Of a DNA stretch of 64,000 bases, positions 1 through 14,399 are shown piece by piece. Below the pieces are notes generated by a model that worked only from the letters and a program-made list of their open reading frames with translations, did not search any database and was not told the DNA's origin. The position numbers and the translations under genes are program-made. Source of the DNA: the human T2T-CHM13v2.0 reference genome, Homo sapiens; assembly GCF_009914755.1 (NCBI RefSeq), contig NC_060925.1. One strand, given 5' to 3'. The first letter of the stretch is position 1. Each line of letters begins with the position of its first letter.

Positions 1-173
1 AGACATATCTATCTATCTATATACCTAATTTCCTAGCTCTATCTGCACCGAGTGCCTGAAAGTAAAGGCACCCAAGTAGCAATAAGCATACCTAGCATCC
101 ACATCATGGCTTCTAGATATTATTTTTTATTAAAAGGAAATAGGACTCCATCAGGAAATAGCTGATTCCAGGA

Positions 174-638
174 TGTGGTAGTTTTAAAACTGGTCCACTC
201 GAAGATATCTACATCTTAACCCCTGGAACCTGTAAATGTTACCTTATTTGGAAAAAGGATTTTTGCAGATGTGATTAAGTTAAAGATTTTTAAATGAGGA
301 GATTATCCTGGATTAGCCAGGTGGATCCTAAATGCCATCACAAGTGTCTTTATAAGAGAGAGACGGGGGAGATTACAGACAGAAGAGGAGACAGCGTGAC
401 TATGGAGGCAGTGATTCAGTCACAAGTCAAGGAGTGCCAGCAGTTACCCCAAGCTGGAAGGGGCAATAGACAGATTCTCCCCTAGAGCCTCTGGAGGGAG
501 TGTGGTTCTGCCAATAGCTAATTTCATCCCATTAATATTGGTTTCAGACTCCTGGCCTCCAAATTTGTAAGGGAATAGTTTCTGTTGTTTCCAAATCTGT
601 GGTAATTTGAGATGGCAGTCAAAGGAAGCTAATATACA
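174..638 (+). mobile_element. MaLR solo LTR (MLT1C/D-like)
   Basis: TG...CA ends; aatgttaccttatttggaaaaagg...gtgattaagttaa; cagattctcccctagagcct. Confidence 0.85.
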
Positions 639-799
639 GGCCTGGGGCAGGGAATGTCCAAGATGAGCCTGGAGCATCTTCTTGAGCCAGAAAGTGAGGT
701 GATGCTCAGGATGAGAAAGGACACAGGGACCAGCCTGAAGGGACTTCCATGGGCCAAAGTGAGGGCAATAAAGAATCAAAGGGAATATCAAGAATAAAA

Positions 800-1135
<336 letters not shown>

Positions 1136-1989
1136 TCACCATTTGGCAACCAACAGAATGGAAATTAATTTGGACAAGAATCATCAATGGATGCAAAAAC
1201 TAGTGGATGACAGTTTGATGAGAAACAGCATCTTTACATTATCTCACAGTGTCTTCCAACAAAATACTTGTTAACTCTTATTACCCATTTTTAATTTAAC
1301 ATCACCAGTAATGGGACAAATTGACATCATGTACCCTTGATATGATAGACTGAGAACAAAGCATTACTCTGTGGTGTTCCTGCCAAAAATGCATGACATA
1401 AAGCTAATCACGAGGCAGTATCAGACAAACCTGAACTGAGGAGTATTCTACAGATAACTGGCTGTACCCTTTGAAAATGTCAGAGGCATGCAGGACAGGG
1501 AAAGGCTGAGAAACTGTTCCAAATTAATTACTTCCAACAACCAATCCTCAACTGCATTCTGGACCCATAAAGGATATTATCAGGGCAGATGGTAAAATTG
1601 GAAGTTTGTGAATAAATGGTGACATTGTATTGATGTTTCTACTTAGTTATGTAGGAGAATGTCCTGCTTTTAGGAAATGCACACTAAAGTATTAAGAGAT
1701 AATGAGACATTATGTCTGCACCTGCCTCCCAAATTGTTCAGCACAATAATTTATAAAAATACGCAGAAAGATTGAAAGACAAATGTGGTAAAATGTTAAC
1801 AATTAAGGACTCTAGGTAAAGGGCATATGGGAGTTTGTTGTAGCATTCTTGCAACATTTTTGTAAGTTTGAAATTATTTCTAAATGAAAAGTTAAAAAGA
1901 AAAAAAGATAATTATTCTACCATGGTACCCTGTAACTTTCATTCAAAAAGTACTTATGGAATTCCCATTCAGAAAGTGAAAGGGCATTG

Positions 1990-2090
1990 GAGGGAAAGCC
2001 AGGGTACCTGGTTCTGCCACTATCTGGGTCCCCTTGGGCAGGTAACTTAACCTCTCTGAACCTCAGTCTCCTCAGCTTTATCATTCTCTG
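1990..2090 (+). mobile_element. MIR fragment
   Basis: Core ccttgggcaggtaacttaacctctctgaacctcagt. Confidence 0.7.
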
Positions 2091-2184
2091 CTTTTCTACA
2101 CCTAAGGCAATTGATTTCACTAGTTGGTTTAGTTCTGATTTAGAAGGAACCAACAATGGCATAGTTAAAAATCATTACTGTGGA

Positions 2185-2358
2185 ATGGGGAGTGGCTGCT
2201 AGTGAATAATTGAATGTCATTTCTTTTTGCAGGCAAAAATGTTCTAAAATTAGATTGTGGTGATGACTGAATAACTCCATGAAAATAGTCAAAAATATTG
2301 AATCATGCACTTGAATGGGTGAATTATTTGGTATGTAAATGATATCTCAAGGAAGCCA
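2185..2358 (+). mobile_element. L1M 3' end fragment
   Basis: aaaatgttctaaaattagattgtggtgatg...atgggtgaatt. Confidence 0.7.
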
Positions 2359-2689
2359 TAGAACTCATTGCTGTTGATTTTCTCACCCCACAGCCAACCG
2401 TGATTCTATAAGGTTAGACTGAAGAAGCCTGTGATGTAATGGTGATGGTTTAACAGCTGGGTGAGTAGAGAAGACATTCTCATTCCAGAGGCAGGTTGAG
2501 AAGGAAAAGAGCAAATGCTAAAGGAACATTTCCCAATGGCCGAAGGAAAGAGTGTGAGGGACATTTCAAGTGCCTGCCCCCAGCCTCTGTCATCATCCTT
2601 TGCCCTCTCACTCTACGAGGTCCTTGGCTGACCTGATCCTTTACTGTGGTTTCAACTTCCTCCCATAGGTTGGTGACTCCCTGTGTGAT

Positions 2690-3325
2690 TTAGGATTACA
2701 TGTGGCTGCAAGAGGAAAAGGAAACTAAAATACTGGGAGCTTAAAAGCTTAAGCAAAAGCTAAGTTTTAGAATGTATTTTTCTTTCTCACATAACGTCTG
2801 AGTAAACAGTCCAGAAGCTCCGTGAGGTCTGAGATCCTCTCTCTGGGCCTCCCTTTACAGCCTCAGAGGCTGAGTGCCGAGCAGCTCTAGCAAGTGCGAT
2901 TCCCATAGACAGCCTGAGTGGTTCCTTCTGGAGTAGAGCAATGTGATGGCCCTGCCCAGGACCCTTCTCTCTTGTCTTCTTTAAGTGGTCTCATCTGTGT
3001 TGTCCAAGATGGCAGCATTTATCTTCCAGGAAGGAAAATGGCAGAAGGGACAGAGGCAGATGAAGGGGCGCAGGGTACACGTGGGCTGAATCTTAAGTAA
3101 GGTTTTCAGAACTTCTCATTGTCTTAGTCATATGACCATACTCAGTCTTAATCATACATGTCTTAGTCATAGGACCATACTCAGTTGCAAGTGAAACGGG
3201 GAAATGTAGTTTTTATTCCAGGTGGCCATGCACCCTGCCCCCCAGAGAAAAGCGAAGGGAGGGAAGGAATCCTATTACCATGAAATAAGAATAAACAAGT
3301 ATTAGGGGACAACTGGCAACCTTGG
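2690..3325 (-). mobile_element. Old MaLR LTR (MLT1I/J/K-like)
   Basis: ccaagatggc, ttagtcatatgaccatac...gggaaatgtagttttt motifs. Confidence 0.55.
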
Positions 3326-3329
3326 TTGC

Positions 3330-4325
3330 TATTTCCAATCTATACTTCTAGTCCACACCCATATAGTCAATTGTCTCCTGGACACCTCTACACAGATGAC
3401 TCACAGACAGCTAAACAAAACCAGCCCTAAATGGAAAGTGTTGTGCTTCCCCACCTACTCCCGTCCCAAACCTGCTCCTCCTCCTGCGATCACCACCTCA
3501 GTGAATGGTAATGTCATTCATCTACTCGGATGAGAATCATCTTAGACTCTTGCATCTCCTTCACTGCCTGTCCTCTCTCCCTGCCCTGAGAGTGCCACCC
3601 CTGCAAATCTCCTCCTCCCCATCCCCATGACTTTAGCTGAGACTCATTTTTTTGCTGGTCTGGATTACTATAGGGGCCTTAAACCGGACCTCCTACCTCC
3701 AAGTTGTCCCCACTACAGTCTTTTCCCCACCTTGTGCCCAGAGTACTCTTGGTGAAGAGAAACCTAATTTTCACCTACCCCTCCTTCGAACTCCTGGGTT
3801 TCTCTGTACCTTTGGTGGTAAAGGGGTTTCCTCGTACCTTTGGTGGTAAAGTTCACTCTGTTTGAGCATAGCACCCGAGGCTCGTCAGGATCTGGCCTCT
3901 GCCTGCCTCTCCTGCTCCATGTGCTACCTCTCCCTACCACACAACCTTTGATCCAGTCCAATGGTGCTGAACTATGGGTAACAGTTCCCTAAACAGCCAG
4001 CTGATGCATGCCACTCTGCCCCTGCACAGCTGCCCATTCAGTCTGAAATGACCTTCCCATTTTTGTCTAATTCCTACTTCTTCAAATCTCAGTGTGAGCA
4101 CTGCCTCCCCAAGGAAGATTTCCTGGGTTCCCCAGTCTGATTTAGGCATTCTTCCTTTTACTGCCCTAATACACCATCCGTAATTATCTCAGTACTCACG
4201 TATTTGTATATCTTTCCCACTATACTACAAGCTCTTCAAAGGCTGGGATCTTGTCTTTTTTTTTTTTTTTTTTCGCTTTTTTATCTCATATGCCTGGCAC
4301 ATGAATATTTGTTGAGTAAATAAAT
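3330..4325 (+). mobile_element. L2 fragment(s) including the 3' end
   Basis: aaacctgctcctcctcct...tcagtgaatgg; terminus tgcctggcacatgaatatttgttgagtaaa. Confidence 0.7.
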
Positions 4326-4639
4326 ATGCCAGGCTCAATCCTACACGTTTATATGTCATTTATATGGGGAAACAGGCTCAGAAGAATTGCATGACATGTC
4401 AAAGACCACAGTGCTAATAGTACAAATGGAAATTAAATCCAATATTCGTGCCTCTTTGTGTGTTCCTACTTAGACAAATAACATTTATGGCTGTTTTGAA
4501 TTGAAATGTGGATGCACCCACTTTGGAGTTGATTAACCTTCATCCTAAGTCTATTATCGGAGGTGTGTATTTCTTCTCTTCCTCCACATTCTTGAGTCTA
4601 CGAACACATTTCTAGGGTACTTACAAAAAACAGAGTCTT

Positions 4640-4939
4640 GTCCAGGCGTGGTGGCTCGCGCCTGTAATCGCGGCACTCTGGGAGGCAGAGGCAGGTGGAT
4701 CACCTGAGGTCAAGAGTTTGAGACCAGCCTGACCAACATGGTGAAACCCCGTCTGTACTAAAAATACAAAATTAGCTGATCATGGTGGCACATGCCTGTA
4801 GTCTCAGGTGCTTGGGAGGCTGAGGCAGAAGGATCGTTTGAACCCACAAGGCGGAGGTTGCAGTGAGCCGAGTTTGCACCATTGCACTCCAGCCTGTGCA
4901 ACAAAAGCAAAACTCCATCTCAAAAAAAAAAAAAAAAAA
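4640..4939 (+). mobile_element. AluS
   Basis: Full dimer with poly-A. Confidence 0.95.
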
Positions 4940-4944
4940 GTCTA

Positions 4945-5186
4945 GGCTGAGCACAGTGGCTCATGCTTGTAATCCTAGCACTTTGGGAGGCAAAGGTGGG
5001 AGAGCCACTGTGCCCAGTAGTTTGAGACCAGCCTGGGCAACATAGTGAGACCCCCATCTCTACAAAAAATATTTAAAAATTAATGGTGTGTGCCTGTAGT
5101 CTTAGCTATGAGAGAGGATTGCTTGAGTCCAGGAGTTCAAGACTCCAGGGAGCCATGATTGCACCGATGCACTCCAGCTTGGGCAA
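4945..5186 (+). mobile_element. AluJ (degraded)
   Basis: gaggattgcttgagtccaggag J-type arms. Confidence 0.9.
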
Positions 5187-5929
5187 GATAGAGTCTAAAG
5201 ATAGAGTCTAAAGTCTTTGCCTCCTCCTGGAAAAATGTTATCATTGTTCTCTACCAGCGGAGTCTGTTTCTTTACTCCTCCACTCCTTCAATGAATATTT
5301 GTTAAACACAGCTCTGTGTTAATGCCTAATTGACACATAAACATGCAGAAACTAAGATATTTCAGCCATTATCAGAACCTTTTAATCTTTTTGTTAGAGC
5401 CAAGGAGATTCAGTTTTGTCTAAGGATACGGTTACAAATGAAGAACAAGGAACAGAGCTGTATGTGTATGTTCAAGGTTGCATGCTATTATTGTTCCTTC
5501 TAAAGCAAGGCAGATATAATCCTTGTATTGGAAACAGGTTTCAGGTACAATAAACAATGTGCTCCCTTATCTCAGAAGCACAAAGGTGGTTCAGCCAGTT
5601 GTTTACCACTCAGGTATTCCTTATTCAGCAGTTTTCGTACAAAAATGCTACCTTTTAATTTCCTAATGCTCTGCCCTCCCAAAAGGTAATAAGAAATAGA
5701 AACTGGGTACTGCCTAAATGAATTCACTTGTGTGGAAAACAAAGTCATTTTTATATACTCCTGCAATGTGCATTTGACTACAAGCCAGAACATTTTACAC
5801 AAGCAGTGGAATTCATCTCTTGAAATTGATTCAGGTTTTCTCTGATAGGAGGGGTGGAAAAGGAAAATGAAAAGCACGTGATTATAATTGCACTTGGAAG
5901 CAGTCCCAGTTACAAGAGCAGTTCTTTAA

Positions 5930-6448
<519 letters not shown>

Positions 6449-6586
6449 TAGAAGTTTTTATTTATTCATTCAATAAATATTTAGCACCCACCACATGGAA
6501 AGCACCACATTGGGACCTGTGGAAACATGATGATTAGTCAGATAAAAGGTCTGCCTTCAAGTGAGCACAATACTGCAGGCAAGTTA

Positions 6587-6588
<2 letters not shown>

Positions 6589-6630
<42 letters not shown>
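6589..6630. repeat. (AC)21 microsatellite
   Basis: Perfect dinucleotide run. Confidence 0.98.
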
Positions 6631-6632
<2 letters not shown>

Positions 6633-7369
6633 ATTGTCCTCACTAATCTAATTCAATCTTAAAATTTTTGCTACCTAAACCCAAGAATTAAATAGATTCA
6701 GATACATTTTAGAATAAATCCATCTCCATCCCAGCTTTTACTACTTGCTTTCCAAAACTCAAGAACCTCCAGTCATCAGTACTTGGACACACCATTCAAA
6801 ATCAGTCTCCAAATTCAGGAACCTGATCGGTGTGGCTGGCAGGATACTTTAGTACTATGTAACATGATAAGGGCTATAAGAGTGGCCCCAAATGCTATGA
6901 AGCTTGGAAGAGTGTGAGATAGGCGTACAATCTAGTGGAGAATATATTTTACTTTTGCCTTGAGCAGTGGGTAGAATGTTTCATCGCCAACCTCAGTGCC
7001 ATGACATGTCAAAGACGACAGCACTAATAGTATATATGGAAATTAAATCCAATGTTCATGCCTCCTTGTGTGTTCCTACTTAGACACATAACAACCTCAA
7101 CCTCAGTGCCCTCTAGCAATTCTTTTATTTCTCCCCTATATGTCCTTTCCCCAACACCCCCCTTGAAAGCCTTTCACCAGTCTTTCAAGTCCCCTACTTC
7201 TACTTTCCTCCCTTCACTCTCAGAAAATGACCTTCCCTCTTACTTGATAGAGAAAATAGGGACTGCCAGCCCTGCATGACCTCATTTTCCTGACTACATT
7301 CACCTCTCCCCAGTGAAATCACCCCACCTTTCTACATTTCATCCATCCTTACTGAAGCCATCCTTCCAG

Positions 7370-7758
7370 TGTTAACAAGAATTCTGGACAGAAATATAGT
7401 TATAATTAAGCATTATTCAGGCTGCACGTTGACTCACTTACTTGTAACCGAAAGTCACATAACCCTAGATACTAACCGTATGTATCCCCATTATGCCAAT
7501 AGATAGAATTTCTGACAGAATCATAAGGCTTTCATTTAAGAGTTGTTTAAGCAGATCCTGAATTCCAGGAGAACAGCTAACAACCAGTTTAGAGGCTCTC
7601 AAGGAGGAATCAGTTCCGCATGAGAATAGAGTTTCTTCATCTCCCTGTCCTAAGACTTCACCCTGCACCCTTGGACCGGTCGATGGTGACACTTCAGCCC
7701 ACTCCAAAACCCTTAAAAACCCTAGCCTTAAACTTCCTGAGGAGATGGATTTGAGGTA
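7370..7758 (+). mobile_element. ERV1 LTR (MER4-group-like), 3'-truncated
   Basis: Starts with TG; cccttaaaaaccctagcc...gagatggatttgagg TATA/R-region motif typical of MER4-group LTRs. Family not pinned down. Confidence 0.65.
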
Positions 7759-8231
7759 TATGTATATATATAATTTTTGGAATTTATATAGATATATGTT
7801 ATGAGAATTAGCTTACACAATTATGGAGGCAGAGAAGTTCCACAATCTGCTGTTTGCAAGCTGGAGAAGCAGGTCTAATTCATTCTGGGTCTGAAGGCCT
7901 GAGGACCAGGGGAGCCAGTGGTACATCTCCCAGTCCAAGGCTAAAGGCCGGAGAACCTGGGGGGCCACTGTTGTAAGTGCTATATTTCAAAGGCCTGAGA
8001 ACCAGAAGCACTGAGGTCCAAGAGCAGGAGAAGATGGATGTCCTAGCTCAAGAAGAGAGAGAGTAAATGCACCCTTCTTCCGCCTTTTTGTTCTATTTGG
8101 CCCTTGAAGGATCGGATGGTGCCTGCACACATTGGTGGGAGAGGATCACAGACATACCCAGGAATTACGTTTTTACCAGGTACCTGGCCAACTCTTAGCT
8201 CAGTCAAGTTGAAAAAAAATTAACTGTCATA
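7759..8231 (-). mobile_element. MLT2 (ERVL) LTR
   Basis: TA-rich tract, gaattagcttacacaattatggaggc...gcaagctggaga, ending cagtcaagttga...aattaactgtcata. Confidence 0.85.
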
Positions 8232-8429
8232 AAAGTAATCCCCTAGGATTTGACCTTCGAATTTTCCTTTGAATTTCTCCTTTGAATTTCATGCTTTCCC
8301 AAATCTGTAGGTCTGTGACAAACACCTACTGTCATTTTTTTCTCTCTTCAGGGCATTCCTTCCTTTTCTAATTCCTGCTTCCCCTTTCCATATGCTTTGG
8401 GCTGCCAATAATATGATTTTGCCTGCATA

Positions 8430-8757
8430 GCATGGGTTGGCCCATGTCCCAAACAAGGCCAATTAGAGTCTGTTTCAAGGGTGGATATGGGCCCTCGTGG
8501 GCAGAGTCAGTTGCATTATTTTCTTTGGGATTGCACCTATCTGCGCAGTATAAGCCTGACCATCTTATACAGGGTGAGTCTGCCTGAGAACAAAGCCAAG
8601 GAGAGGCTAATGATGCCAAGAAATACAGAGATAGAGCACTGACAACATTGTTTTTAAAGCCTTGGAGTTTTCAGTTACGTGAGCCAAAAATTTCTCTTTT
8701 GGCTTAAGGTTGTTTGAATTGGGTTTCTGTTGTTTGCCACCAAGAATTCTGATTAGT
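8430..8757 (+). mobile_element. Old MLT1 LTR fragment
   Basis: ttttcagttacgtgagccaa...tttgaattgggtttctgtt 3' motif. Confidence 0.6.
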
Positions 8758-9021
8758 GTTGTTATCTGTCAGTCAGCTCTCCTCTCTTTCCAGTAACTTT
8801 GGTCTCTCCCCTCAAAATTAACTCATTTCCTTCACCTAAATACATGCTCCAGACTCCACCTGTCTAGGAAAACCCTCCTTTAGTCCTGTAGCCCCTGCCT
8901 GCTCTCCCTCATTCCCTTCCTAGCCACAAGCAAGAGTTGTAAGTGATGAGATTTTCCCTAGTCTGTGGCATAATCAATAACATTAGTAAATGAATAAGAA
9001 TAAAGATAATGCATTGAGGTG

Positions 9022-9341
9022 GTTTTTGTTTGTTTGTTTTGTTTTTAGAGATAAGGTCTCACTCTGTTGTCCAGGCTAGAGTATAGCGGCACAATCCTAG
9101 CTCACTGCAGCCCCCAGCTCCTGGCCTCAGGCAATCCTCCCACCTCAGCCCCTACAAGTGGTGAGGACTACAGGTGTGTGCCACGATACCCAGCTAAAGT
9201 TTTTGTATATATATTTTTGGTAGAGACAGGAGTCTTGCTTTGTTGCCCAGGCTTGTCTTGAACTCCTGGCCTCAAGCGATACTCCCTCCTCAGCCTTCTA
9301 AAGGGCTGGGATTACAAGTGTGAGCCACCCACCATAGCCAG
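9022..9341 (-). mobile_element. AluJ
   Basis: Reverse-complement Alu consensus. Confidence 0.93.
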
Positions 9342-9728
9342 CCCACCAAATCTCATGTTGAATTGTAATCCCCAGTGTTGGAGGTGGGGCCTGGTGGGAG
9401 GTGTTTGGGTCATGGGGGTAGATCCCTCCTGGCTTGATGCTGTCATTGAGACATTGAGTGAGTTTTCATGAGATCTAGTTGTTGTAAAGTGTGGCACCTC
9501 CCCACCAGCCAACACATCTTGCTCCCATTCTTGCCATGTGAGATGCTGGTTCCCCCTTTGTCTTGTGCTGTGAATAAAAGCTCCCTGAGGCCTCCCCAGA
9601 AGCCAAGCAGATGCCAGCACTGTGCTTGTACAGCCTGTAGAACCATGAGCCAGTTTAACCATTTTTCTTTATAAATTACCCAGTCTCTAGTTGTTGTTTT
9701 TTTTTTTTATAGCTATGTAAGAATGGCT
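9342..9728 (+). mobile_element. MSTA/B MaLR LTR
   Basis: caaatctcatgttgaattgtaatcccc...ggaggtggggcctggtgggagg; ctttataaattacccagtctc. Confidence 0.88.
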
Positions 9729-10325
9729 GCTATAAACATTTGTGTACAGGTCTCTGTGGACATATGTTTTTATTTCTCTTGGGTGAATAGTAAGGAGTAG
9801 GAATGCTGGGTCGTATGGTTAATGTATGTTTAATCTTACAAAAAACTGCCAAACTCTTTTCCAATGTTGCTATGCCATTTTGTATTATCAGCAATGTATG
9901 ACAATTCAAGATACTCCACATCTGTGTCAGTACTCGGATTATCAATGTTTGTTTGTTTGTTTTGCCCTTTTAAAGGGTGTGTAGCAATGTTTTATTGTGG
10001 TTTTAATTTGCATTTCCTTAATAATTAATGATGTTTAGCATATTTTTATGGCCTTACTTGCCACCCATGTCTCTTCTTTAATGAAGGGATCTTTTGTTCA
10101 TTTAACAAATTGGGCTGTTTATATTCTTACTGTTTTGTGAGAGTGCTTTATATATTCTAGATACAAGTCCTTTATTGGATATATTTTTATCATATATTTT
10201 CCTCTTAATCCGTAGCTTGTCTTTGAGTGACAGTGAGTAGAGTTTTAAATTTTGATAAAGTCCAATTTATCTAATGTTCCTTTTATGCTTCATGCTTTTT
10301 GTGTCCTATCGAAGAAATCTTTAAT
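9729..10325 (-). mobile_element. L1M fragment (ORF2 3' region)
   Basis: gctataaacatttgtgtacagg...aactgccaaact...gttttaatttgcatttcc. Confidence 0.85.
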
Positions 10326-10560
10326 CAGTGATTTTGTTTTTAAACTACGCTTATTTAATTCAAAGCATTTGAATTTATTTTGAGATTGTGATTCTTTCTT
10401 TATTGGACTTAAAGTATCTTTTTAAAATAATAAAGTAATAATAGATAGAATTGTGTGTGTGCGTGCACGCATGTACACACATTTTCATGCCTGGTAAAAT
10501 AGAGTTGACCAATGTTTCTATGTTGGCTTCATAGGTCAGTTTCCCCAAGGAACATACATG

Positions 10561-11030
10561 TGACAAATCTTCTCTCCCTGACTAAACTTTAGTAAGGCTT
10601 CACTAACCCCTTTCCTCAACTAGGCTTTGACCTTGGGCTTCAGTGTTCTTTCTTGTCAGGGTCGCATCACCCAGTTTAGCAAGAATCCTGTTAATTCAGT
10701 TCAGAGAAAATCTACTACTCTCTTTATTTGATCACCCTTGATATCAAATCAAATTCCTCATCCCCCACCATCTCCTAAGTAGTATCTGATCACCCTTGTC
10801 AGCCTTCAGCAAGAATCTTGTTGAGTCGGTATAGCCAGATTCTCTTACCCCTGATTTTTCATCTTAGTGATTTTTCACCCACTGAACTCCAACTCTGATC
10901 TTGGCCTATAAATCCACATTTGTCCTTGTTGTGTTCAAAACTGAGTCCTGTTCTATACTGAGGCCTCTTTCTCCCTGCTACGATAGTTCCTGAATGAAAT
11001 CTGTTTTTATCACTTTAACTACTGCCCAGG
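10561..11030 (+). mobile_element. MER31-type ERV1 LTR
   Basis: tgacaaa...gactaaactttagt; repeated agcaagaatcctgtt and tgatcaccct motifs; tataaa box. Confidence 0.8.
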
Positions 11031-11672
11031 AATTGTATTGGGAAGTGCTACCAGAAACAACACCTCTAAAGGTGTGGGCGAAAGCAGATTGAAAAAAGGA
11101 GATGAATGATGATGCTGTGGCAGCAGAGGCCTCAGCTGCTCCCCTGGGAAGTTCTGGAGCTTGGATGACCCTGTGGAGCTGCGCTGAATAGAGGGAAGTG
11201 TCTGGACTTGCATCCCTCAGCCCCTCTGCCCATCAAAGGAGATAATGTGAGAAATTAATATAAAACGTGGTATAGAAATGGGAGAGAAAAATTATTTGAA
11301 GTGTAGTGAGTTTGGTGAGGCAATCCTTTTATAAGGACAAATAAAACAAAACTAATTAGTCATTTGTGAAACCTTTCCCATGGCTCTGTGACCTCTGCCA
11401 CCCAGCAACCCGGTATCCTAGCAACAGTCTCTGGGCCTTTTGCCTGGTTTGCCTCATTCCCCCAGGGTGAGCACACCACTTTTACCTGTTCTGTTGTGTC
11501 TTACCCTCAGAAGAAAAGGAATGACTATTTGTCTGAGTGCACATGGCTGCCCTTCTAGGCTGGCAGGTCTGGGTGATAAAGAAACTGCTGAGGGGAAAGA
11601 CCCTCATGCCCAGTAGCAAATCCAAGGAGATGTGGACAAGGCTTTTACAATAACTTTAGTGAAGAATAACTC

Positions 11673-12222
<550 letters not shown>

Positions 12223-12481
12223 AGAATAACCCTTGAATGCATGTGGGAAATGATGGTTTGCTGGTTTTAATTCACATACTTGGTCATCACCCATCATTGA
12301 GCCCTCTGCTCCACTTCTCAAATCATTACAAATTGTTGTCAGTCTAAGCTGAAAGGCAGACAAAAGCTCAACGTTGCCTACCAAACAGCTCTGCACAAAT
12401 AAATCTGGCAGAGGAAGAGGGGTTTTTTCTTCCCCAGAATGGCCTAACCTCTTTTAGTACTCTCAGCAAAAAAGAGCTCCT

Positions 12482-12615
12482 GGCCAGGCACGGTGGCTCA
12501 CACCTATAATCCCAGGTATTTTGGAGGCCTAGGCAGGAGGATTGCTTGAGCCCAGAAGTTCGAGACCAGTCTGGGGTAACATAGCGAGACCCCCATCTCT
12601 CTCTCTCTATAAAAA
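12482..12615 (+). mobile_element. FLAM / Alu left monomer
   Basis: Monomer flanked by aaaaga(g/c)ctcct TSD. Confidence 0.88.
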
Positions 12616-13252
12616 GACCTCCTGGGCATTGGAGGGGTCAGGGGAGATAAAGTAAATCTGCTATCATATTTTTAATCTGACCCACTAGAAATGAGGAAAC
12701 CAGCCTAGAATTGCTCAACTAGCTTGTGGCAAAGTCAGAATTAGACTCAGATCTCCTCCCAGCCAAACCAGAAGCCCAAGCAATCCTTGATTATCCTAGC
12801 TTCTCCACTCTCACATCCACTGAGTCACTAAGTTATGTTATTTTGACTTAAAAATAGCTCTCAGGCTTATCTCCTCCTTTCCAATGATCATTGCTTCTGC
12901 TTTTGCTGAGGTTCTACCTAATCTCTCGGACAGTTGCAGTAACTTCAAAACTGGTCTCTTTCCTGTGTGCCAGTCCATTCTGCACACAGTAGCCAGTGTA
13001 ACAATTTCTAAGCACAAATCTGACAACTCATTCCCCCATCTAAACGTTTGCACAGCTCCCATTCCTCTTCATGGTAAGTTCCATCCTTGGAATGACAGCA
13101 GTTATAACAAATGTGACAGCAAGCACAACTGATGGTGGCTTTAACTATAAAGACTTTTATTATTTTCTTAAATGTTCTAATATAGGCAGTCTTAAACTTG
13201 TTTTGGTGATTCTGTGATATTGTTGAAGACCCGAATGTTTTCTGTCCTTTCT

Positions 13253-13566
<314 letters not shown>

Positions 13567-13870
13567 TGTCCTTTCTCTTTCATCCTTAGGCTGAGGTTTG
13601 GATCCTCAGGCTTCTCATTCTCACTATGGTTGTAAGATGGCGACTGTAACTCTAGATACTGCATCCTCATGTGTCAGCATCTAGATCACAAAGGAAGGGA
13701 AGGAGCAAAGGAAGAGCTCTGTTACAGAATTCTTCTGTTTTTAATCAGGGAGGAAATTCTTTCCTTGATGCCTTCCTCCAGACTTCTTATATTTTAGGCC
13801 AGAATTGAATGCCATATGCAGCCCTAAACCATGCATTATCATCAAAAGTAAAGGGGATTGCTATGATTGG

Positions 13871-14274
13871 TGCTATGGCTTGACTAGGCCCTCCAAAGTT
13901 CTTGTGTTGAAAACCTGATCCTTAATGTGGTGGTGCTGGGAGGTGTGGCCTAATGGAAGGTGTTTGGGTCATGGGGGCACCATTAGTCTCAAGAATAGAT
14001 TAATGCTGTTATCTTGGGAATGGGTTCATTACCTTGGGAGTGGGTTCCCTATAAGAAGATGAGTTCAGCCCCCTTTTCCCGCTCTCTCTCTCTCACCCTC
14101 TCTTGCCCTTCAGCCTTCTGCCACGGGATGATGGAGTAGGAAGGTCATTTCAAGATGCTGGCCCCTCAATCTTGGACTTCCCCACCTCCAGACCTATAAG
14201 AAATAAATATCTTTTCTTTATAAACTACTCAATCTCTGACATTCTGTTATAGCAGCACAGAACAAACTAAGACA
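13871..14274 (+). mobile_element. MSTC/D-like MaLR solo LTR nested in an older minus-strand MLT1 (about 13600-14395)
   Basis: TGCTATGG...CTAAGACA ends; 5-bp TSD ATTGG at 13866-13870 and 14275-14279. Confidence 0.9.
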
Positions 14275-14399
14275 ATTGGCTTAGGCCAATTGCAATTTAT
14301 ACTCTGTCCCTGGGCACTCTACCACCTGAACAAAATCAAAACTCTGTTAGCAGTAAGAAGAAATGGCAAATGTGATGACAGCCCAACCTATAATGTGTG

